Assembly (NCBI GenBank): GCA_048499955.1
Contig: JASNYX010000004.1
Span: 3,249-67,248 of the forward strand
Reading direction: 5' to 3'
Source of the DNA: Patescibacteria group bacterium
GTDB taxonomy: Bacteria > Patescibacteriota > WWE3 > 2-01-FULL-39-13
DNA length: 64,000 bases
Both the position numbers and the translations under genes were made by a program. The stretch's first letter is position 1; every line of letters begins with the position of its first letter. The notes below the pieces were generated by a model. It made no database searches. It saw only the letters and a list, made by a program, of their open reading frames with translations, and was not told where the DNA came from. This document shows positions 37,098-47,744 of this stretch, in pieces.

Positions 37098-38915
37098 TTA
37101 GGAATTTTTACGAGACTCTTTGTATCTAAGTGCAGCGTTGAGGATCTTTTTTCTTAAACGGATGTTATTGGGCGTTATCTCCAAAAGCTCATCGTCTTCC
37201 AGAAATCCGAAATATTCTTCCAAGCTCATTAGTACAGGAGCACTTAAGAAAATTGTGTCTTCACCTTTAGATCTAATATTTGTAAGCTGCTTTCCTTTGC
37301 ATACGTTAATTTCCAGATCATCATCTCGTGAATTCATTCCAACGGCCATACCTTCATAAACCATAGTTCCGGGTTCGACAAATGTAGAACCTCGCTCTTG
37401 AGCATTTCTTAGGCCGTAGGTTACAGCCTTTCCCGTCTCTGAAGCGACCAACACACCTTTTCGGATTCTTTTTGTTCCACTTGATAGCTTCTCATATCTT
37501 GAAAACGTTGATCCCGCAACAGCGGTTCCTTTTGACAAGGTCAATAAAGTTGTACGAATACCTAGGGTTCCCCTAGTTGTTATGTCAAAAACCAGACGTG
37601 AGTACCCGGGAATTGTTTCAGTTTGAGAAATTAATGAACCCTTCCGCTTGGAAAACTCACCTGTAATTGCACCTACATATTCAGACGGGACATCTACCGA
37701 ATATTCTTCAACAGGTTCCATTTCTACTCCGTCGACTATCTTTGTGATAACTCTTGGCTTACCAACTTCAATCTCGAAACCTTCTCTACTTAGAGTCTCT
37801 AAGAATACGCATAAGTGTAGTTCCCCTCGACCGGATAATATATATTGGCCGTTTTCATCTATTTTGAAGCTCATCGCAACGTTGGTTTGTAGCTCTTGCT
37901 CAATTCGACTGAGAATTTGTCGACCGGTAAGAAGCTTTCCTTCCAACCCTTTAAAAGGTGAAGTATTGGGTCCAACAGAAATGCTAATAGTGGGTTCGCC
38001 GATCTTAATGGGGGGTAACATCTCCGGATTGGCCGGATCTGCAATCGTATTGCCTATTTCAGCGGGTTTTATGCCGGTTATGGCAATGATATCTCCGGCG
38101 ACGGCCTCCGTAGCTTCAACTCGCTTTAAACCCTGATTCACATATACTTTATCAACGATAGCCGATTCTTTAATCGACTCTGATTTGATAAGTGTAATTT
38201 CATCACCGGGCTTAATCTTACCCCGGTTTACTCTTCCGATCGCGTATTTTCCTTTATAGTTATCCCAATCAAGAGAAGAAACCATCATTTGGAATGGTGC
38301 GTTTTCATCGGTTTGTGGAGATGGGATTACATTTATAATCGCTTCAAAAATAGGAGTGAAATCGGCAGGTTGAGATGTATCTTCCGGCATCTCGTTCCAG
38401 GATTGACCGTCTCTTCCGATTGCATAAAGTACCGGAAACTCAAGTTGATCTTCAGTTGTGGCTAATTCCAGAAACAAATCAGAAATCCGACTTATAGTAT
38501 CAGAAATTCTGGCATCTTTTTTATCGATCTTATTAATGATTACAACAATTTTAAGCTTTAATTCGAGAGCTTTCCTAAGAACAAATTTAGTCTGGGGCAT
38601 CGGTCCTTCCTGTGCATCCACCAATAAAAGTGCTCCATCAGCCATATTTAGTGTTCTTTCGACTTCGCCACTAAAATCAGCATGCCCTGGTGTGTCAATT
38701 ACGTTGATTTTCACATCTTTATATGTAACCGCGGTGTTTTTAGCCAAAATTGTGATGCCTCGTTCCCGTTCCTGGTCGTTTGAATCCATGATTAGATCCT
38801 GACTCATAAAAGATTCGTTTTCTCGGAAAGTCTTTGATTGTTTCAATAACCCATCTACAAGGGTGGTCTTTCCGTGGTCTACATGAGCTATGATGGCTAT
38901 ATTTCTTATTTCCAT
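37098..38915 (-). CDS. typA: translational GTPase TypA/BipA
   Basis: G1 is AHVDHGKTTL, G3 is DTPGHADF and G4 is NKID. The 605-aa EF-G-like architecture lacks domain IV. Confidence 0.9.
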   Translation of the reverse strand: MEIRNIAIIAHVDHGKTTLVDGLLKQSKTFRENESFMSQDLIMDSNDQERERGITILAKNTAVTYKDVKINVIDTPGHADFSGEVERTLNMADGALLLVDAQEGPMPQTKFVLRKALELKLKIVVIINKIDKKDARISDTISRISDLFLELATTEDQLEFPVLYAIGRDGQSWNEMPEDTSQPADFTPIFEAIINVIPSPQTDENAPFQMMVSSLDWDNYKGKYAIGRVNRGKIKPGDEITLIKSESIKESAIVDKVYVNQGLKRVEATEAVAGDIIAITGIKPAEIGNTIADPANPEMLPPIKIGEPTISISVGPNTSPFKGLEGKLLTGRQILSRIEQELQTNVAMSFKIDENGQYILSGRGELHLCVFLETLSREGFEIEVGKPRVITKIVDGVEMEPVEEYSVDVPSEYVGAITGEFSKRKGSLISQTETIPGYSRLVFDITTRGTLGIRTTLLTLSKGTAVAGSTFSRYEKLSSGTKRIRKGVLVASETGKAVTYGLRNAQERGSTFVEPGTMVYEGMAVGMNSRDDDLEINVCKGKQLTNIRSKGEDTIFLSAPVLMSLEEYFGFLEDDELLEITPNNIRLRKKILNAALRYKESRKNS

Positions 38916-39007
38916 GATATTTTGGGAGTTTATTGTTCTACTTCACTAAATTTCAACACTGGTATGAAATTATAGCCTATTGGGCAACTAAAAGGAATGA
39001 TCGGCTC

Positions 39008-39286
39008 TTACTTAACATATTCAGGAGATGTATTAATCAGAGCTAACTTATCTAGCCTTGAAAGTTTTTTTAGCTTATATTCTCGGGATTTTGCGAGACT
39101 TTGGTTTTCAACTTTCTCGCAGTAAACAAGTTTTACAGGTCGTCTCCCTGAAGTGTACTTAGCACCTTTGTCAGAGTAATTATGTTCATTAATGCGCCGA
39201 TCCACATCAGTAGTGATACCTGAATAGTAAGTACCATCAGCACATTCCAGAATATAAACGTAATACGTAACTGATGTACTACTCAT
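39008..39286 (-). CDS. GIY-YIG nuclease-domain protein (UPF0213-like)
   Basis: YYVYILECADGTYYSGITTDVDRRINEHN. Confidence 0.75.
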   Translation of the reverse strand: MSSTSVTYYVYILECADGTYYSGITTDVDRRINEHNYSDKGAKYTSGRRPVKLVYCEKVENQSLAKSREYKLKKLSRLDKLALINTSPEYVK

Positions 39287-39338
39287 ATTTTAATTGTAAT
39301 GCTTTTCACAGTAGTGCCAACTGGGCTATTATTTAATC

Positions 39339-40064
39339 ATGGATCAAGGTTGGCAGATATTATTAGTTTTTTACTTTACTTTTAAACACTTTCTATTTTC
39401 CAGGCTAAAACTAATCAAATTAAAAACTTCGGGAATCGCATTTTCAATATTGCTATCTGTTCTTGCCATAATTATTAATTATGAACTAGTCCGAGTCTAT
39501 GAATCAGCTAATACAACCGGAATCATCAAGGGCTTGGTTTGGTTGCCGAATATTACGTTGATCTTTATTATTGCAGATCTGCTATCTTCATTACTAATCC
39601 TTCCAATATTCAGTAAAATAAATTTTGGAAAAAATCGCTTACATCAAATACCCATTATTGGAAATCCTTACTCAGTCTTTGAAATAAGCCGATTAATATT
39701 CATGGGAATTATATTTCATTTAATTACAACGACATTCTGGACACACTCCTTCGTAAAATTTGACATTTCAGAACATTATTGTTTTCAAACTATTTTGAAG
39801 AAAGATTTAATCACCTACTATAATGAACATTACACATTCCCCAACAACTTGAATGAATTAAAAACCTATACCCTAAATCCATCAAACGGATCTCCTCTGT
39901 ATATCGAAAATAAGGGAAACGGAACACCATATTATATTAAAGATCTTGAAGGAAACATTCTGATTGATTCACACAAAGATATAATTACTCAATTAGATAA
40001 TCCAGAGTTAAGAAACAAACACCTCAATCTATTAAATTCAATAATTAAAGAACGCTGTCAGTAA
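39339..40064 (+). CDS. hypothetical polytopic membrane protein
   Basis: Four to five TM helices. No recognisable motif. Confidence 0.4.
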   Translation: MDQGWQILLVFYFTFKHFLFSRLKLIKLKTSGIAFSILLSVLAIIINYELVRVYESANTTGIIKGLVWLPNITLIFIIADLLSSLLILPIFSKINFGKNRLHQIPIIGNPYSVFEISRLIFMGIIFHLITTTFWTHSFVKFDISEHYCFQTILKKDLITYYNEHYTFPNNLNELKTYTLNPSNGSPLYIENKGNGTPYYIKDLEGNILIDSHKDIITQLDNPELRNKHLNLLNSIIKERCQ

Positions 40065-40088
40065 TGATAAAATGAGATCTACCTATCT

Positions 40089-41222
40089 ATGGATCTAAAA
40101 CAACAAGCTCTCGAGCTACACAAAAAACATGGCGGGAAAATTGAAATCACAGTATCCACTCCAATCAAAAATAAGGATGATTTATCACTGGCATACACCC
40201 CGGGAGTTGCAGAGGTGTGCAAGGCAATACACGATAACAAAGAAAGTGTTTACGAATATACGATTAAAAGGCACACAGTAGCGGTTGTAACTGACGGCTC
40301 AGCCGTACTCGGACTTGGAAACATCGGTCCGGAAGCAGCTCTCCCGGTTATGGAAGGCAAAGCTGCATTATTTAAAACATTTGCAGGAATAGATGCGTTC
40401 CCGATTTGCCTTAATACTCAAGATCCCATCGAAATTATTAATATAGTCAAAGCAATCTCGCCTGTATTCGGTGGCATTAATCTCGAAGATATTTCAGCAC
40501 CACGTTGTTTTGAAATTGAAGAAGCCCTCCAAGACCTCGGAATTCCGGTTATGCATGATGACCAACATGGAACTGCAATAGTTGCTCTAGCCGGGCTAAT
40601 CAATGCAACCAAAGTAGTAAATAAAAATATGCAGTCACTTAAAATTGTGATATCAGGAGCCGGAGCCGCGGGTTTCGCGATTACCAAACTACTTACTAAC
40701 TTCACTCAAGATATTATCGTACTCGACAGTAAAGGAATTATCTGCCGAAATCGGCCTGACTTGGATAATCATAAAATGAAACTTGCAGAAACAACAAATC
40801 ATGCAAATATATCAGGAGACTTAAAAACGGCATTAAACGGGGCTGATGTTTTCATTGGTGTTTCGGCTCCAAATATCATGACCTCTGACGATATTTCATT
40901 GATGAACAAAGATGCCATAGTATTTGCTATGGCAAACCCGATTCCTGAAATTATGCCCGAAGAAGCAAAAAATGGCGGAGCTGTAGTTGTAGCAACCGGA
41001 AGATCTGACTTTCCAAATCAAATAAATAACAGCTTAGCGTTCCCCGGAATCTTTAAAGGAGCACTTGAATCACGAAAATCAAAAATTACTGATGAAATGA
41101 AAATTAATGCAGCTAAAGCGCTAGCTAATCTTGTTAAGGAACCGAGCCCTGACAAAATTATCCCGGGGCCTTTTGATCCAGGGATTGTGGAGGCTGTTTC
41201 AAACGCTGTAAAAGAAAGTTAA
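40089..41222 (+). CDS. NAD(P)-dependent malic enzyme (short bacterial form)
   Basis: [41 protein letters not shown]. The nucleotide site is ISGAGAAG. Confidence 0.85.
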   Translation: MDLKQQALELHKKHGGKIEITVSTPIKNKDDLSLAYTPGVAEVCKAIHDNKESVYEYTIKRHTVAVVTDGSAVLGLGNIGPEAALPVMEGKAALFKTFAGIDAFPICLNTQDPIEIINIVKAISPVFGGINLEDISAPRCFEIEEALQDLGIPVMHDDQHGTAIVALAGLINATKVVNKNMQSLKIVISGAGAAGFAITKLLTNFTQDIIVLDSKGIICRNRPDLDNHKMKLAETTNHANISGDLKTALNGADVFIGVSAPNIMTSDDISLMNKDAIVFAMANPIPEIMPEEAKNGGAVVVATGRSDFPNQINNSLAFPGIFKGALESRKSKITDEMKINAAKALANLVKEPSPDKIIPGPFDPGIVEAVSNAVKES

Positions 41223-42196
41223 TCGTCTAATTTAGGCTTTATATTTTCACCGCGAAAGAAATCAGAAATTATTTCTTCAACCTCACTATATTTGTGTGTT
41301 TTCATTAACTGATCTTTTAGTTTCCCTGCATTTCTAATACCTTTTACATAGATTTTGAAAAACCTTTTCATTTCTGCGAAATTATGCCGTCCATACCAAA
41401 AATCTTCATATAATTTGGTATGCACTAATAAAGTTTGAATCAAATCTTCTGTTGTGGGTTGTTTATTATGATTAAAGAAAAACGGATTTGAAAAAATACC
41501 TCTACCTACCATTAGACCATCAACTTTATATACACTATGTTTTTCCAAACCGTCTTCGTAGCTTAAGATGTCACCATTACCGATGAATACTATATCCGGG
41601 CTTATCGTATTTCGATACTCGACACACCTGCCGATTTCATCCCAATCTGCCGGAACATCTGATAACTCCTTGGCTGTCCTTGCATGCACAGTCAAAGCTT
41701 GTATATCTTTACTTAAAAGAAATGGAATCCACTCTTCCGTTACACGAGACTTAACTCCAAGTCGAGTTTTTATACTCAATGGAATATCCGGAACTGATTC
41801 CCGAACGGCCGAAATAAGTTCAGCAACTAAGTTTGGGTTATCAATAAGTGCTGCACCTGAACCACCTTTCATCACAGATTTATCGGGACAGCCTAAATTA
41901 ATATCAATGCCATCAACTCCTTGATCCGCAGCAATCCTTGCTGCTGAAAAAAAATGTTCCGGTTTTGTTCCCCAAATTTGAGCTACAAGCGGACGTTGAT
42001 TTTCAGAAAAATAAAATCGGGTAATTGCGTTGTCGTATCCCTTTGAGTTCAACGCATCGGTATTAGTGAATTCAGTAAATAGGACATCCGGTTTACCTAT
42101 CTGGCTGATAATCTCGCGAAACACATAATCAGTAACACCTTCCATAGGAGCCAACACAAAAAATGGTTTCGGTAAACTCTTCCAGAAATTTTTCAT
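41219..42196 (-). CDS. dus: tRNA-dihydrouridine synthase
   Basis: VLAPMEGVTDYVFR and DINLGCPDKSVMKGGSGAAL. Confidence 0.85.
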   Translation of the reverse strand: MKNFWKSLPKPFFVLAPMEGVTDYVFREIISQIGKPDVLFTEFTNTDALNSKGYDNAITRFYFSENQRPLVAQIWGTKPEHFFSAARIAADQGVDGIDINLGCPDKSVMKGGSGAALIDNPNLVAELISAVRESVPDIPLSIKTRLGVKSRVTEEWIPFLLSKDIQALTVHARTAKELSDVPADWDEIGRCVEYRNTISPDIVFIGNGDILSYEDGLEKHSVYKVDGLMVGRGIFSNPFFFNHNKQPTTEDLIQTLLVHTKLYEDFWYGRHNFAEMKRFFKIYVKGIRNAGKLKDQLMKTHKYSEVEEIISDFFRGENIKPKLDD

Positions 42197-42211
42197 GAAA
42201 AAAATATGAAT

Positions 42212-42487
42212 TTAAAATAGAGTAGCAACCGGATCTTCATCTATGGGTGAATCAGTGTTGGTTGTGTCTGTAGTGTCTTCTTGTTCAATATCGCTCTGGA
42301 TTTCCTTGAATTCATTCTCGATCGACTTTAAACGTTCCCGACAAGCTTTCACCAGAACTGCACCTCTCTTTACCTTATCCAAACCAACTTCAACATCAAC
42401 ATCTTCCTGATCCTCAAACCATTTCACGATTTCGGAAAGTTCTCTTAATGAATTGGTTAAATTATTGTTTTCAAGTGTTTTTGCCAT
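42212..42487 (-). CDS. xseB: exodeoxyribonuclease VII small subunit
   Basis: The helical hairpin is LSEIVKWFEDQEDVDVEVGLDKVKRGAVLVKACRERL. It is adjacent to xseA. Confidence 0.8.
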   Translation of the reverse strand: MAKTLENNNLTNSLRELSEIVKWFEDQEDVDVEVGLDKVKRGAVLVKACRERLKSIENEFKEIQSDIEQEDTTDTTNTDSPIDEDPVATLF

Positions 42488-43836
42488 TAATGTTTTTCTG
42501 TAATTTTGGAACTAACTTCTCCGTCGAAAAGCTTAACTTTTATTATATCACCGGACTCCAGGAACTTAGCACTCTTAATCAATTTACCGTTTTTCATTAT
42601 TAAACTATATCCTAATTTAAGCTGTCGAATCGGGTCGTTGAGCTTAACCTGTTTTTCAAGATTTTGTAAGTTTTTATTATAAGAATCAATTGATAATGAA
42701 TATCTGTTTCCGATGTAATATAGATTCGAACTTATGGACGTTCCAAAAACTTTCAAACTTTTGTAGTATTCACTTTTAATTGAGCTCGTCCACATAGTTT
42801 CCACAGTTCTATGCAATTCTCTTAACTTATGGCCAATCGAATGCACAGCGTTTGTTTCTAAGGCGGTAGCGAACTTTTCAAAACGAGTGAAAATGTCTTT
42901 AAAATTTTCTTTTATATGAGAGTAGGATTTTTCAATGTTAAACTTACTGTCGCCCAATGCTGCCTCGTATCGAATTAAAACTTCTTTCTGTAGAGAATTA
43001 ACTTTACCCTCGGCATGTTCCCAGCTTTTATTTAAGGTTTCTGCAACTTTTGTTGGAGTTGAAACATTTAAATCGGATACCATTCCACAAAGCGGCAAAT
43101 CCTTATCATGACCTAATCCGGTAATTACAGGAACGGGGAAATTCGCGATTTCCATCACAAGTGCCTCGCTATTATATGCCTGAAACGATTCAAGCGAACC
43201 TCCTCCTCTCATCATTACCAACACATCCAGATCACGTTTAGCAAAGGTTTTTACAGCCGATATCAGTTCCTTTAATGCCAGTTTACCTTCGACTCTTGAG
43301 TTGATGAATTGTAGATCGTATCCGAAGTTACCGATGTTTGATAAGAAATCGTTTATAACCGCTCCATCTTTTGAAGTAATAATTCCAATCTTGTGAGGAT
43401 ATTCACGTATTGGCTTCTTTCTTGATACATCAAAGAATCCGGCTGATTCAAGTTTTAATTTCAGTTCTTCGTAAGCTTTCTTTAGTGCGCCATCTCCGAC
43501 AAATTCAAGATATTCAGATTGAAAGGAAACCCCGCCGTTCGGTTTGTATATCTTCGGATAACCTGTAACAATAACTTCCAAGCCTTCTTCTAAGTTGACA
43601 CCGCTTAAATTGTAATCACGTTTCCACATAAAACAATTTATAAGACTGTCATCTTTTTTATCCTTTATCGAAAAATATAAATAAGAACGACCTTCATAAA
43701 GTTTTAAGTTGCATATTTCACCGGAAACTCTCCCGGTAAATGCCACCAAACCCTCATTTAGTACATCAAGATAATCACTTACGGATAAAATCGGTAAGTC
43801 AGGATTCTTAACATTTGATCTCCCATTGCTAAACAT
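42487..43836 (-). CDS. xseA: exodeoxyribonuclease VII large subunit
   Basis: N-terminal OB fold and the catalytic region GGGSLESFQAYNSE. It is 449 aa and adjacent to xseB. Confidence 0.85.
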   Translation of the reverse strand: MFSNGRSNVKNPDLPILSVSDYLDVLNEGLVAFTGRVSGEICNLKLYEGRSYLYFSIKDKKDDSLINCFMWKRDYNLSGVNLEEGLEVIVTGYPKIYKPNGGVSFQSEYLEFVGDGALKKAYEELKLKLESAGFFDVSRKKPIREYPHKIGIITSKDGAVINDFLSNIGNFGYDLQFINSRVEGKLALKELISAVKTFAKRDLDVLVMMRGGGSLESFQAYNSEALVMEIANFPVPVITGLGHDKDLPLCGMVSDLNVSTPTKVAETLNKSWEHAEGKVNSLQKEVLIRYEAALGDSKFNIEKSYSHIKENFKDIFTRFEKFATALETNAVHSIGHKLRELHRTVETMWTSSIKSEYYKSLKVFGTSISSNLYYIGNRYSLSIDSYNKNLQNLEKQVKLNDPIRQLKLGYSLIMKNGKLIKSAKFLESGDIIKVKLFDGEVSSKITEKH

Positions 43837-43927
43837 ATAGTGATTATAAGCTTAAATTCAAAGTTAAGCTTTAGTTTCGGATTAGTGAAAAACATATTAT
43901 AATAGCCACAGCAATTCAATCTATTAT

Positions 43928-44593
43928 ATGTCTAAGATACTTGTTTTCTCCGATACACACCTAACTACCAAGTTCAGCACGTCTAAATTCGAGAAGCTGA
44001 GGAATTTGATCGAAAAGGCAGATAAAGTCATCATAAATGGTGATTTCTGGGAAGGTCTGCAAATAACATTTGACGAATTCTATAATAGCCCTTGGAAACA
44101 ACTGTTCCCGCTTTTAAAAGCCAAGAATGCAGTCTATATTTATGGAAATCACGACTCACCGTTCCTTTCGGATGAACGAATTTACGAATTTTGCGATATC
44201 GCCGCGAAAGAATATAAAATTGAATTACCAAAAGGTAAATTCTTTTTTACCCATGGCAGTGAATTTCTATTTCCTCAATGCAAGGTTCTCTACACACCAC
44301 ATGAAGTAAATTTTGAGCGTAAATGGAATTCGATAATAGGAACTTGGATCCAAACTGTATTATTCGCAATATTCGGTCCGAATATTTTCCCTGAGAAGTT
44401 TAACAAAATGACAAAAGAAGAACGTGTTGCTGTGGCTCCACTGGATTATTTACTCGTATGCGGACATTCACATAAACCACAGTACAAAGAAGATCTTAAT
44501 TTTATTGATATAGGGTTTTTCAATTTCGGATGGGCGAACTATATGACAATATCCGACGAAGGTGATTATGAATTCTTTAGCGAAAAATATTAA
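43928..44593 (+). CDS. calcineurin-like metallophosphoesterase
   Basis: VFSDTHL, INGDFWEG, GNHD and CGHSH motifs. Confidence 0.7.
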   Translation: MSKILVFSDTHLTTKFSTSKFEKLRNLIEKADKVIINGDFWEGLQITFDEFYNSPWKQLFPLLKAKNAVYIYGNHDSPFLSDERIYEFCDIAAKEYKIELPKGKFFFTHGSEFLFPQCKVLYTPHEVNFERKWNSIIGTWIQTVLFAIFGPNIFPEKFNKMTKEERVAVAPLDYLLVCGHSHKPQYKEDLNFIDIGFFNFGWANYMTISDEGDYEFFSEKY

Positions 44594-46173
44594 CGCCCAT
44601 TTCTTTCAACGCCTTTTCTGCTATTAATTTCATCCAAAAGCAATTTCATCTGATCGTCCGTCAATATATATTTTAAATCCGGATCAGAGTATAAATAGGA
44701 AGACAACTTATTATATGCCGCTTCAGACGCTCTGTTGTCATTCCCAAGGTTATCGTAAAATTTAAGGCGCTCTCTTAATGTATTTATTAAAACATCAAAC
44801 CCACCGACAAATGTTAAGTGATAAAGCTCCTCAATAATATATTCAGGTCTACTTGCTACGGGTCTTTCTAAAACTCCGCCGTAATATTCAACAGCTGATG
44901 AGTGCAACGCTTTGGATAATTCAGGATTTAAAACAGTCAAGCACGCTTGAGTAATTTCCCTTAACGGATGTTCGATCTTGACGCCCAAACGGTTCAAACT
45001 GTTCCACTCGATAAAAGGCATTCGACTCGCCTTCATCCGACTAAGTAAAATGCCAGATTCCGCAAGGCTGAGTTCACCTTCATCTTGCTGGTTATGAGAT
45101 CTCATTTTATTTACAAGCAATTGCAAAGAAACATAATCCAAGCTTCTTAAAGTGCTTGCCGCAACAAAACCTTCATAAACATCCTCACTCATATTGGGCT
45201 TTATGCCACTAATAATAAAATCTCTTAAAACCCCCATATAAACTCTTAATAGAAAGTTCTCGTTGTCAAAAGTACCGTCTTCACCGGAAATCAGCGTTAT
45301 CTCTTCAATGACACTCGCAAGTGCTCCGCGATTCCCCCGTGTCAAATAATATACATAGCCAGCGAAATCTTCGGGAACCCCAAATTTGTTTTTTAAAAAA
45401 ACACGCACATTCTCTGAAGAAAGGTTTGATAATGGGACATCAATACTCACGTTTCTATATTCCGGCTTTAACCAAATTCCGGGGCGGGCACTGAATTTAA
45501 CCAAATGCGAATTTCCCCTTCGATGCAAAGGCGGAATAACAAACTCCTCCAGAAATTGCTGGCGTGATCTTGTCAAGAAATGACCATTATCAAGTACTAT
45601 CAACTTGTGTCGATCCCGCTGAGAATCTATAACTGCATTGAAATCATTGCTTATTTCTCTTAGAGCCATATACCAAGGACTTCTAGTGGGTTTTTCACCC
45701 GCTCTACGTATTTTAGTCAGTGAATCGCTAAGCTCTTCATCAATATTTATAGTCGGATAGGATAATTTAAAGGCTTCGATCTTTTGTATCAATGCATGAT
45801 AAAGTGTCTGCTGATCTTCGCTTAAATTTTCACTCCATCCAACTGTGCCGATAAGATCGATAAACGGTAATTCGTCAGATGGAACAGCACAATCAATAAC
45901 TGTACAATCAGTTCTTGGACTAACAGCATACATTGATCCGATTTCGTTTGCTAAATGACTTTTACCTGAGCCGTAACCTCCCAAAACCTGAATGAGTGCA
46001 AATCTTCTTTGAGAGATCTCGTCAATCAACGTCCCTTTTTCGGGGAACAAAAATAGAGTTTCTATTTGGAGAGCTTCAACAGACTGGGTAGTCGTCTCGT
46101 CATATTGGTTCGATGTTATGTTTGACATAATTCTTCTGAATAAATGGGTGGGACACCCGGAATCTATCACCAA
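44590..46173 (-). CDS. orphan STAND-like P-loop NTPase with C-terminal helical-repeat domain
   Basis: Walker A is LGGYGSGKSHLANEIG and Walker B is HKLIVLDNGHF. A GxP-like segment, YLTRGNRGALASVIEE, is present. The ~250-aa C-terminal helical region follows. There is no recognisable effector or DNA-binding domain. Confidence 0.45.
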   Translation of the reverse strand: MVIDSGCPTHLFRRIMSNITSNQYDETTTQSVEALQIETLFLFPEKGTLIDEISQRRFALIQVLGGYGSGKSHLANEIGSMYAVSPRTDCTVIDCAVPSDELPFIDLIGTVGWSENLSEDQQTLYHALIQKIEAFKLSYPTINIDEELSDSLTKIRRAGEKPTRSPWYMALREISNDFNAVIDSQRDRHKLIVLDNGHFLTRSRQQFLEEFVIPPLHRRGNSHLVKFSARPGIWLKPEYRNVSIDVPLSNLSSENVRVFLKNKFGVPEDFAGYVYYLTRGNRGALASVIEEITLISGEDGTFDNENFLLRVYMGVLRDFIISGIKPNMSEDVYEGFVAASTLRSLDYVSLQLLVNKMRSHNQQDEGELSLAESGILLSRMKASRMPFIEWNSLNRLGVKIEHPLREITQACLTVLNPELSKALHSSAVEYYGGVLERPVASRPEYIIEELYHLTFVGGFDVLINTLRERLKFYDNLGNDNRASEAAYNKLSSYLYSDPDLKYILTDDQMKLLLDEINSRKGVERNGR

Positions 46174-46250
46174 ATCTGTAGAGTTACAAGATTCTTCCCA
46201 ATAAATATTCGCAGTAATATCTCAGTAACTTAAATTACAATGATCCGGAA

Positions 46251-47063
46251 ATGAACTATGTATCCTTCAAAATCTTCATATCGGCATTTTTGATTACACT
46301 TACAATCGTGGGTTATGAATACAAATTCCCGGGAAATTTGTTCAACAAATCAAATATTATTGAATATGAAAATCCGGATCCGGTACAATCACCTACTTGG
46401 AAACGATTGGATGGACCTCCTCGAGTCGGATTACAGGTCGGACATTGGAAAGCAAATGAGTTCCCCGAAGAACTTGCCCGGCTTAGACAAAATACCGGTA
46501 CTTCAGGCGGCGGCAAATGGGAATGGGAAGTGAACCTCGACATCGCGAATAAAACCGCAGAATTACTACGAAATCAGGGAATCGACGTAGACATTCTTCC
46601 GGCTACAGTTCCACCAAGCTATTGGGCAGATGTGTTCATTTCAATTCACGCCGACGGAAGTCTCGATAAATCAGCAACAGGTTTCAAAGTTTCTCCTCCA
46701 AGAAGAGATCAAACAGGGAAAGCATCCAAACTTGCCGAAAAAATCCCAACTCATTACCAAGAAGCTACAAAGCTCACGGTTGATCCAAACATCACAAGAA
46801 ACATGACCGGATATTATGCTTTTTCTCACGGAAGATATAAGCATGCAGTACATCCAATGACAACTTCTGTTATTTTAGAAACAGGATTTTTAACGAATCC
46901 TAATGATAGAAAAATTATAGTTGATGCCTCACAAGTTGCTTCACAGGGCATCGCAAATGCACTTATTTCCCATCTCGCATCAGAAGGTTTAATGGAACTT
47001 GCTCATAAAAATATACCTACAGATTTAACAGCAATAGAAGATAATTCTCCAAATATGCCATAA
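46251..47063 (+). CDS. N-acetylmuramoyl-L-alanine amidase (Amidase_3 family)
   Basis: Signal anchor. VFISIHADGS and ILETGFLTN motifs. Confidence 0.75.
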   Translation: MNYVSFKIFISAFLITLTIVGYEYKFPGNLFNKSNIIEYENPDPVQSPTWKRLDGPPRVGLQVGHWKANEFPEELARLRQNTGTSGGGKWEWEVNLDIANKTAELLRNQGIDVDILPATVPPSYWADVFISIHADGSLDKSATGFKVSPPRRDQTGKASKLAEKIPTHYQEATKLTVDPNITRNMTGYYAFSHGRYKHAVHPMTTSVILETGFLTNPNDRKIIVDASQVASQGIANALISHLASEGLMELAHKNIPTDLTAIEDNSPNMP

Positions 47064-47082
47064 ACTTAGGTATAATCGCATC

Positions 47083-47634
47083 ATGGAAATATTAAAAGCG
47101 AAAGTAGAGAAACTCTTGTTGACACATCCATTTGATCAACCACCAACTAAGCACGAGAAAGTTGAGCTTGTTCTAGAAGGACTAAAATTTGACAAACACT
47201 TTGGGAAAACACGCTGTGCAGATGTCCGAACTGTTAAATTACTTCCAAAAGGTATCGAGGTTACTAATTTAAGATCAGTAACAATTGTTTCTGCCGAAGA
47301 ACTCGATGAAATTTCCACAGCACTTGGATTTGAAGTTCTTCCGGAAGATCTCGAAGCAAACATCACACTCAGCGGTGTCAAAAATTTAACTAAATTACCA
47401 CCGGGAACCTACCTTAAATTCCCAAACCAAGCCATACTTTTTATTACTTCCGAAAACCTTCCGTGTTCCTATCCTGCTGAAAACATGATTAAAAGAGGCA
47501 TGGACAAAAATGCTGCTCTAAATTTTCCAAAAGTAGCAATGGGTAAAAGAGGAATAACAGCAATGCCCTTTGCTTCCGGATTTATCAAAACAGGCGATAT
47601 GGTCGAGATCTATCCACCACAAAAGTTAGAATAA
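47083..47634 (+). CDS. MOSC-domain protein
   Basis: 183 aa with a conserved Cys (ENLPCSYP) in a beta-barrel-like context. Confidence 0.55.
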   Translation: MEILKAKVEKLLLTHPFDQPPTKHEKVELVLEGLKFDKHFGKTRCADVRTVKLLPKGIEVTNLRSVTIVSAEELDEISTALGFEVLPEDLEANITLSGVKNLTKLPPGTYLKFPNQAILFITSENLPCSYPAENMIKRGMDKNAALNFPKVAMGKRGITAMPFASGFIKTGDMVEIYPPQKLE

Positions 47635-47744
47635 GAATTGTTGACATTGAATGCTTCACATACATAATGAGGATATGAATCCTGTTTAGTATCTAGATAC
47701 TAAACCTAAAGATCGTCAAAAAATAAAAAGTTCATAACAATAAA

